Shown piece by piece: positions 1 to 4,588 of a DNA stretch of 6,277 bases. The notes under the pieces were generated by a model that had not been told where the DNA came from, did no database searches, and saw nothing but the letters and a program-made list of their open reading frames with translations. The stretch is from a virus: IMG/VR virus record IMGVR_UViG_3300020041_000040, positions 1 through 6,277 of that record, one strand, 5' to 3'. Each line of letters starts with the position of its first letter. Positions within the stretch are counted from its first letter, which is position 1. The position numbers were made by a program, and so were the translations under genes.

Positions 1-7
1 ACTAGAA

Positions 8-54
8 GCCCATCGCGGCGTTTGAGCGATATACACCCGCCGCCCGCGTAGGGC
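8..54 (+). promoter_or_regulatory. GC-rich imperfect hairpin presenting the nonamer ATATACACC in its loop (candidate origin or ssDNA structural element)
   Basis: Hand-folded pairs are 8-11/51-54, 14-18/44-48, 19-20/41-42 and 26-28/38-40. That gives 14 pairs, all G:C, with a 2x2 mismatch, a C43 bulge and a 5-nt bulge (21-25). The apical loop is 29-37, atatacacc. A duplicate lies at 6164-6210. Confidence 0.45.
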
Positions 55-66
55 CTGATCGAAATA

Positions 67-112
67 TGGAGCGGAGCGACTTCCTTAGAGAAGCGTTCCG
101 CTTCGGTATTTT
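67..112 (+). terminator. Strong hairpin followed by a T-tract: candidate intrinsic terminator of the gene array, or an ssDNA origin hairpin
   Basis: The stem pairs 67-78 with 94-105 and 80-83 with 90-93, with A79 bulged and a 6-nt loop cttaga. This is about 16 pairs including 3 G:T wobbles. It is followed by ggtATTTTa (TTTT at 109-112). It is the first strong structure downstream of the last gene on the circle, and a duplicate lies at 6223-6268. Confidence 0.4.
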
Positions 113-130
113 AGCACGAAGGTGCGCAAA

Positions 131-152
131 GGCAGATTCTATCTGATCTGCC
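131..152 (+). promoter_or_regulatory. 7-bp perfect hairpin (ggcagat / atctgcc), 8-nt loop
   Basis: 131-137 is complementary to 146-152, with loop tctatctg. The flanking gcacg (114-118) and cgtgc (152-156) could form an alternative enclosing stem. Confidence 0.35.
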
Positions 153-157
153 GTGCC

Positions 158-178
158 TATACACCTCTGTATACATCC
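158..178 (+). repeat. Two adjacent copies of TATACAYC (a third copy sits in the loop at 30-37): iteron-like motif
   Basis: tatacacc occurs at 30-37 and 158-165, and tatacatc at 170-177. All three lie in the non-coding region. Confidence 0.4.
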
Positions 179-223
179 ACTTTTCCTAGATCTATTAGTA
201 ATGGATCCAGGACTGTTAATTAA

Positions 224-249
224 GCGAAGCCCCTAGTTGTGTGCGAAGC
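224..249 (+). promoter_or_regulatory. Two copies of GCGAAGC, the stable DNA mini-hairpin heptamer, 12 nt apart
   Basis: gcgaagc occurs at 224-230 and 243-249. d(GCGAAGC) is a characterised, exceptionally stable ssDNA mini-hairpin. Confidence 0.4.
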
Positions 250-254
250 AAAAT

Positions 255-284
255 CCGAGTTATCCTCTCGGTTTCTCCTTTTCC
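255..284 (+). terminator. Weak hairpin plus T/C-rich tract (possible weak terminator or insulator upstream of the promoter)
   Basis: ccgag (255-259) pairs with ctcgg (267-271) around a 7-nt loop, followed by tttctccttttcc. The stem is only 5 bp, so support is weak. Confidence 0.2.
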
Positions 285-341
285 TCGTCCATAAACGCAC
301 AACTCACACTCTACGGTAGAATCTAAAAAAAATAGTTTTCT

Positions 342-372
342 TTTGCAATTATGAATATAGTTCGTATATTTG
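342..372 (+). promoter_or_regulatory. Bacteroidetes-type promoter (-33 TTTG / -7 TAnnTTTG) driving the gene array
   Basis: TTTG at 342-345 is followed by a 19-nt spacer and then TATATTTG at 365-372, which matches TAnnTTTG. An A8 tract lies upstream at 325-332. An AT-rich leader without a Shine-Dalgarno sequence runs about 45 nt to the ATG at 422. Confidence 0.6.
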
Positions 373-421
373 CCCCCAGTTAGAAGTTACAACTATTATT
401 AATTTTTTAAAATTTACGATT

Positions 422-616
422 ATGCAAAAATTCATTATTTCAGTTAAAGAAAAAACCACTGGTCGTGATGCTATTCCGCCTTATATCGTTAATTCTCTCG
501 ATGGTCTTGGAAATTATTCTGAGCGAGTTTCTCCGTTGGGTCTTATTGTTATTGTGGATTCGATTAAAGAGGAAAATAAGTTTGTCGAACTTAAAACCCA
601 TGATGATGAAAAGTAA
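422..616 (+). CDS. Hypothetical protein, 64 aa (first gene after the promoter)
   Basis: The ORF starts right after the promoter and leader. Its codons end mostly in T, like the recognisable genes. The overlapping Leu-rich +1 frame (465-599) shows the usual off-frame artefact pattern, which supports this frame as the coding one. I recognise no motif. Confidence 0.6.
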   Translation: MQKFIISVKEKTTGRDAIPPYIVNSLDGLGNYSERVSPLGLIVIVDSIKEENKFVELKTHDDEK

Positions 617-689
617 TAATATTTGGAAAATTATAATTGGTGCTGTATCTGCTGCCCTAGGTTATATTCTTAATTCTATTGGTTTATGA
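600..689 (+). CDS. 29-aa single-pass membrane peptide (MMMKSNNIWKIIIGAVSAALGYILNSIGL): holin-like or SAR-like partner of the downstream peptidase
   Basis: This is the only open frame across 617-685. About 19 of the 26 codons after the ATG triplet end in T, matching the genome's coding bias. It has a Lys-containing N-terminus followed by a ~22-residue Gly/Ala/Ser-rich hydrophobic helix. Its TGA stop (687-689) overlaps the peptidase ATG (686-688) as ATGA. The start could be any of ATG 600, 603 or 606. Confidence 0.55.
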   Translation: MMMKSNNIWKIIIGAVSAALGYILNSIGL

Positions 690-994
690 ATTCTACTCTT
701 ATGGATTTCCTTGAGCATTTGTTATGCTTCAACTTGCATTTTACGATAACAAGCGCTAAACGTTCTGTTATTGAAAACAAGTCTGCTGGTGGTGTTCCAA
801 ATTCTCAACATTTGTTTGGAGAGGCTATTGATATGAAACCTTATGGTTCTACCACTTATGGCCGATTGCTTGAACATATCCATAATTATTCAGACAATAC
901 TCATGTATTTGACCAATTGATATTATATCCTACATTCATTCATATTTCATTTGGCAAGCGTAATCGTCGCCAAGTGATTGACAAACGTAAATAA
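686..994 (+). CDS. Peptidase M15 (Peptidase_M15_3 / LAS-type zinc D,D- or L,D-peptidase)-like cell-wall hydrolase, 102 aa
   Basis: ITSAKRSVIENKSAGGVPNSQHLFGEAIDM...LILYPTFIHISF aligns by eye with the family pattern ITSGYRS..N...GG...SQHL.G.A.D ... YP.FVHVD. The H-x6-D pair is H42/D49 (nt 809-811 and 830-832) and the distal His is H86 (nt 941-943). Confidence 0.8.
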   Translation: MNSTLMDFLEHLLCFNLHFTITSAKRSVIENKSAGGVPNSQHLFGEAIDMKPYGSTTYGRLLEHIHNYSDNTHVFDQLILYPTFIHISFGKRNRRQVIDKRK

Positions 995-996
995 TT

Positions 997-2832
997 ATGA
1001 ACTTTTCTCCTGATTTACTGAAAGCGGCTGATCATTGTCAGCATCGTTCGTTTATTACTAATCGTTACACTGGTGCACGCATTGCCGTGGATTGTGGTCA
1101 ATGTGATTATTGTATCCATAAGCGTGCTAAAAAGGCATCCATGCGTGTGAAGACCGCTGGAAGTGCATTTAAGTATTCTTATTTTGTAACTCTTACGTAC
1201 GACAACGAACATATTCCTCTTATGAACTGTAAGGTTCTCCATAGCGAATATGAGGACGTTGTAGGTATCTCAGGAGATATTCATTTTGGTGATGAACATC
1301 ATAAATATATCCCTGTTTCCGAATATCAATGTGATGATAGCTCCGCATTGCGTCATATATTTTTCGAGCAGGTACAGGGTACTGTTCCGTTTGACCGTGA
1401 GATTAAGGAGCATGTTCCTGTTAGGGATAATTGGTTTCTTAGTATGGATGCTATTCGTAGTTTTATCGGTAAAACGCAAGCCGTTGATAAAATGGACTAT
1501 CCCGCTTCTGAACAATACGGTCGTGATAATCTTATTCCCTTCCTGAACTATGTTGATGTTCAGAATTATATAAAACGCTTACGTAAACATTTATCTTTAC
1601 AATTAGGATCTTATGAACCGCTACATTTCTACGCTGTGGGTGAGTACGGACCCGTACATTTTCGCCCGCATTATCATCTCTTATTATTCACAAACTCGGA
1701 AAAGGTCTCCGAGGTTTTACGATACTGTCACGCTAAGAGTTGGAAACTCGGTCGTTCAGATTTCCAACGTGCCGCTGGTGGATCTAGTTCGTACGTTGCG
1801 AGTTACGTTAACAGCTTGTGTTCTGCTCCCTTATTATATCGCTCATGCCGCGCATTTAAGCCCAGATCGCGAGCGTCTCTCGGATTCTTTGAGAAAGGTT
1901 GCGATTTCGTTGAAGACAATGACCCTTATGCGCAAATTGAGCAAAAACTCGATTCTGTCGTTAATGGAAGAGTCTATAACTTCAACGGAATCAGTGTTCG
2001 GTCAACTCCCCCCATGTCGTATATCCGTACCTTATTACCCCGATTCTCGTCTGCTCGCAATGACGATGGTGTTGCGATTGCTCGAATTCTTCGCGCTGTA
2101 CACTCAACGCCAAAAAGAATTGCAAAATTCGGATTCATCGATTATAAACAGGATTCAGTTTTGAGTCTTGTTCGTGCTTATTATCAATATCTTAAGGTTA
2201 ACCCGATTTTATCTGATGATGACAAAATTATATTACATTCTGCTCGGTGCCTTACTAGGTTCTGCAACAGTTCTAGTGATGTCGATGTTGAGTCTTATAT
2301 TAATAAGTTATATCGGCTATTCTTATATGTCTCTAAGTTCTTCCGTAATTGGCATTTGCCTTCCTTCGGTTCTGATCTTAGTACTTACTCCAATCGTATT
2401 CTTTTTATCATTAAAACAGGCATAGAATATGAAAAGAAAGCAGATTATGTACGAATGTGTAATTCGTTGCGAATACAAGAAGCATGTGAATTCCCTCTAT
2501 TGCGATATTTTTACTTACCAGCCACAGGATGTGAGAGGTCAATCGTTAAAGAGGAAGAAGATGGAACATTTTCCACGTACACTATTCGAGACAGAATGGC
2601 AGGAATCAAGCCCACCATCTTACATTTTGATGACCCCCGAAAATTATTACTTTCCCCAGCTCTTTCTCGTTTGGTCGGACCATCCTTTAAAGCCTCGCAA
2701 CCTTCAAATTACAACGATATGTGCGACGATTTACAAAGGTGTCTCGATTTCCGTGCATCGACATACTGCCGTGATATGATTAAGCATAAGAAGCTTAATG
2801 ATGCTAATAATATATTTAATCGTATGGTTTAA
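997..2832 (+). CDS. VP4: Rolling-circle replication initiator, HUH endonuclease (Microviridae VP4 / gene A-like), 611 aa
   Basis: Motif 1 is FVTLTY (aa 63-68). Motif 2 is HYHLLLF (aa 225-231, nt 1669-1689). Motif 3 is the two-tyrosine YVASYVNS (aa 266-273), which resembles my recollection of the phiX174 gpA active-site region (YVAKYVNK). An N-terminal Cys/His cluster (HCQH...CGQCDYC) is typical of gokushovirus/alpavirus VP4. Confidence 0.93.
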   Translation: MNFSPDLLKAADHCQHRSFITNRYTGARIAVDCGQCDYCIHKRAKKASMRVKTAGSAFKYSYFVTLTYDNEHIPLMNCKVLHSEYEDVVGISGDIHFGDEHHKYIPVSEYQCDDSSALRHIFFEQVQGTVPFDREIKEHVPVRDNWFLSMDAIRSFIGKTQAVDKMDYPASEQYGRDNLIPFLNYVDVQNYIKRLRKHLSLQLGSYEPLHFYAVGEYGPVHFRPHYHLLLFTNSEKVSEVLRYCHAKSWKLGRSDFQRAAGGSSSYVASYVNSLCSAPLLYRSCRAFKPRSRASLGFFEKGCDFVEDNDPYAQIEQKLDSVVNGRVYNFNGISVRSTPPMSYIRTLLPRFSSARNDDGVAIARILRAVHSTPKRIAKFGFIDYKQDSVLSLVRAYYQYLKVNPILSDDDKIILHSARCLTRFCNSSSDVDVESYINKLYRLFLYVSKFFRNWHLPSFGSDLSTYSNRILFIIKTGIEYEKKADYVRMCNSLRIQEACEFPLLRYFYLPATGCERSIVKEEEDGTFSTYTIRDRMAGIKPTILHFDDPRKLLLSPALSRLVGPSFKASQPSNYNDMCDDLQRCLDFRASTYCRDMIKHKKLNDANNIFNRMV

Positions 2833-2850
2833 TTTTTAATTTTATTAATT

Positions 2851-4578
2851 ATGAGTGATTTTAATCCCCTTGATCGAGCGAGGATTTCTACGCATCGATC
2901 TTCATTCGACTTGAGTTCGAAGAAACTGTTTACTGCTAAGATTGGTGAGATCTTGCCATGTTATTGGCAGATTGCTATTCCTGGTAATAAGTATCGTATT
3001 TCATCTGACTGGTTTACCCGCACTGTTCCAGTTAATACTGCTGCTTACACCCGTATTAAGGAATATTATGATTTCTACGCTGTGCCGTTACGTCTGATTT
3101 CTCGTGCGCTTCCTCAGGCATTTACTCAAATGACGGACTATATGACTAGTGCTTCTAGTTCTACTACTAATACATCTGCACTTACCGCTGTTCCCTATGT
3201 TACTCAGAGCCTCTTTAGTCAGTTTCTTCAGACGGCTAATGCTGGTGACCAGGCTAATACTCGTGATGATGCTGGCCTCCCTATCGTTTATGGTTCTTGT
3301 AAATTGCTCGATATGCTTGGTTATGGATCTCTGATTGCTAATTCTAATACAGGTAAGGCTGCTATTACTGAGAAATATCTAGGTATTGACAACCTTGGTG
3401 ATGCTGACAATCCTTTGGTTTATCAGACTTCACAGACTGTTAATTCTCTTCCGTTCCTTGCTTATCAGAAGATTTACTATGATTTCTATAGTAATCCTCA
3501 ATGGGAAAAGCACAAAGCTTACGCTTATAATGTAGACTATTGGACTGGAACTGGCAATACTGGATTGGTTACGGACATGCTCCAGTTGCGCTATGCCAAT
3601 TATCCCAAAGATTATTTTATGGGTATGTTGCCTTCTTCTCAGTATGGTTCGGTAGCTGCTTTGCCTATATCCACTTTGTCTAATTTTTCTAATACTTCTA
3701 TTGTGACTCCTTCTTCTCAGGGAGTATTGGTTAATACTTCAGGTACTTCTGTTGCTCTTTCTTCTGTTGGTCCTGGGAATAATGCTCAATTGCGTTTAAA
3801 TGCTGACCTCTCCGCTCTCTCAATTCGTGCAACTGAATATTTGCAACGCTGGAAGGAAGTAGTTCAATTCAGTAGTAAGGACTATTCAGATCAAATGGCC
3901 GCCCAGTTTGGTATTAAAGCCCCCGAATATATGGGTAACCATGCCCATTATATTGGAGGTTGGTCTAGTGTAATCAATATTAACGAGGTTATTAATACTA
4001 ATCTTGATACTGATTCTTCACAGGCTTCTATTGCTGGTAAAGGTGTTTCTAGCCAGTCAGGCCATACTATTACTTATGACTGTGGTGCAGAACATCAAGT
4101 AATTATGTGTGTATACCATGCTGTACCTATGTTGGATTGGAATTTGACAGGCCAAGCTCCTCAATTGACTGTGACTGCTATATCTGACTTCCCGCAACCT
4201 GCATTTGATCAGCTTGGTATGCAAGCCGTTCCTGCTCTTAACCTTCAGAATAATCCTGGCCGCTCCGTTTCTGGCTCTCTTGGCTATAACCTCCGCTACT
4301 GGCAGTGGAAATCTAATATTGATACTGTCCATGCTGGATTCCGTACTGGTGCTGCTTATCAGTCTTGGGTTGCTCCTCTTGACGGTTGGCAAGTGTTAAC
4401 TTCTTCTGGCGCTTGGTCTTATCAGTCTATGAAAGTTCGTCCGCAACAGTTGAATTCTATTTTTGTACCTCAGGTTGATGCTACCAATTGTTCGGTTGCA
4501 TTTGATCAGTTATTATGTAATGTTAATTTCCAAGTATATGCTGTTCAAAACTTGGATCGTAATGGTTTACCTTATTAA
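2851..4578 (+). CDS. VP1: Major capsid protein (Microviridae VP1 / F-protein family), 575 aa
   Basis: Two blocks match conserved regions of Microviridae capsid proteins as I recall them. One is the N-terminal block HRSSFDLSSKKLFTAKIGEILPCYWQIAIPGNKY...VPVNTAAYTRIKEYYDFYAVPLRLI. The other is the central block LSIRATEYLQRWKEVVQFSSKDYSDQMAAQFGIKAPEYMGNHAHYIGG. Confidence 0.93.
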   Translation: MSDFNPLDRARISTHRSSFDLSSKKLFTAKIGEILPCYWQIAIPGNKYRISSDWFTRTVPVNTAAYTRIKEYYDFYAVPLRLISRALPQAFTQMTDYMTSASSSTTNTSALTAVPYVTQSLFSQFLQTANAGDQANTRDDAGLPIVYGSCKLLDMLGYGSLIANSNTGKAAITEKYLGIDNLGDADNPLVYQTSQTVNSLPFLAYQKIYYDFYSNPQWEKHKAYAYNVDYWTGTGNTGLVTDMLQLRYANYPKDYFMGMLPSSQYGSVAALPISTLSNFSNTSIVTPSSQGVLVNTSGTSVALSSVGPGNNAQLRLNADLSALSIRATEYLQRWKEVVQFSSKDYSDQMAAQFGIKAPEYMGNHAHYIGGWSSVININEVINTNLDTDSSQASIAGKGVSSQSGHTITYDCGAEHQVIMCVYHAVPMLDWNLTGQAPQLTVTAISDFPQPAFDQLGMQAVPALNLQNNPGRSVSGSLGYNLRYWQWKSNIDTVHAGFRTGAAYQSWVAPLDGWQVLTSSGAWSYQSMKVRPQQLNSIFVPQVDATNCSVAFDQLLCNVNFQVYAVQNLDRNGLPY

Positions 4579-4588
4579 TCTGTTTGTT

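Larger units (their letters stand above)
1..121. repeat. Terminal direct repeat, copy 1 (circular-assembly overlap)
   Basis: By base-by-base comparison, actagaagcccatcgcggcg...ttttagcacgaag is identical to 6157-6277. Confidence 0.95.

Noticed and set aside
54-66. cctgatcgaaat superficially recalls the hammerhead-ribozyme core elements (CUGAUGA...GAAA).
   Set aside because: The CUGAUGA box is not present (ctgatcg), and the required three-stem arrangement cannot be drawn around it.
1-121. The terminal direct repeats read as biological att sites, LTR-like repeats or a mobile-element boundary.
   Set aside because: The repeat starts 12 nt after the last gene and ends inside a continuous non-coding region. 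There is no flanking non-phage sequence and no integrase or transposase is encoded. A perfect end overlap is the standard signature of a circular contig.
66-146. A 26-aa ORF (MERSDFLREAFRFGILARRCAKADSI) in the non-coding region.
   Set aside because: It lies upstream of the only recognisable promoter and coincides with the strong hairpin at 67-105. It lacks the T-ending codon bias of the real genes and is too short to support.
121-148. GGTGCGCAAAG matches 9 of 11 positions of the XerC-binding arm of E. coli dif (GGTGCGCATAA). This raised the idea of a dif-like attP, since Bacteroidetes microvirus prophages have been proposed to use Xer recombination.
   Set aside because: The spacer and the would-be XerD arm (ttctatctgatc versus TTATGTTAAAT) match only about 3 of 11 positions, and the XerD arm is normally the better-conserved half. 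I do not reliably remember the Bacteroidetes dif consensus. It is worth a computational check against host dif sites, but it is not supportable from this sequence alone.
188-223. A cluster of palindromic restriction-type sites, AGATCT (188-193), GGATCC (203-208) and TTAATTAA (216-223), that looks like a cloning polylinker. Four GATC sites also lie within 57-207.
   Set aside because: There is no vector backbone, selection marker or other engineered signature. The sites are short enough to co-occur by chance in a 430-nt region, and they may simply be protein-binding palindromes. I cannot distinguish these possibilities without searching vector databases.
1286-2779. A nearly open alternative (+1) reading frame inside VP4, covering track ORFs 1286-1546, 1613-2164, 2168-2425 and 2429-2779. 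There are similar +1-frame ORFs inside VP1 (3149-3334, 4205-4399), VP2 (5084-5266, 5444-5842) and the first gene (465-599). They could be taken for phiX174-style overlapping genes.
   Set aside because: They all lie in the same relative frame (+1) to a recognisable gene. Their translations are Leu/Ile/Val-rich low-complexity sequence. Stop-codon depletion in that frame follows directly from the genome's strong preference for T at codon position 3, because TAA, TAG and TGA in the +1 frame require A or G there. Without comparative evidence of synonymous-site constraint these are artefacts.
4463-4588. An upstream extension of the 147-aa gene to ATG 4463, as listed in the ORF track (189 aa).
   Set aside because: The extension overlaps the conserved C-terminus of VP1 in the +1 artefact frame and reads MYLRLMLPIVRLHLISYYVMLISKYMLF... 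ATG 4589, 10 nt after the VP1 stop, gives a compact non-overlapping gene consistent with the rest of the genome.
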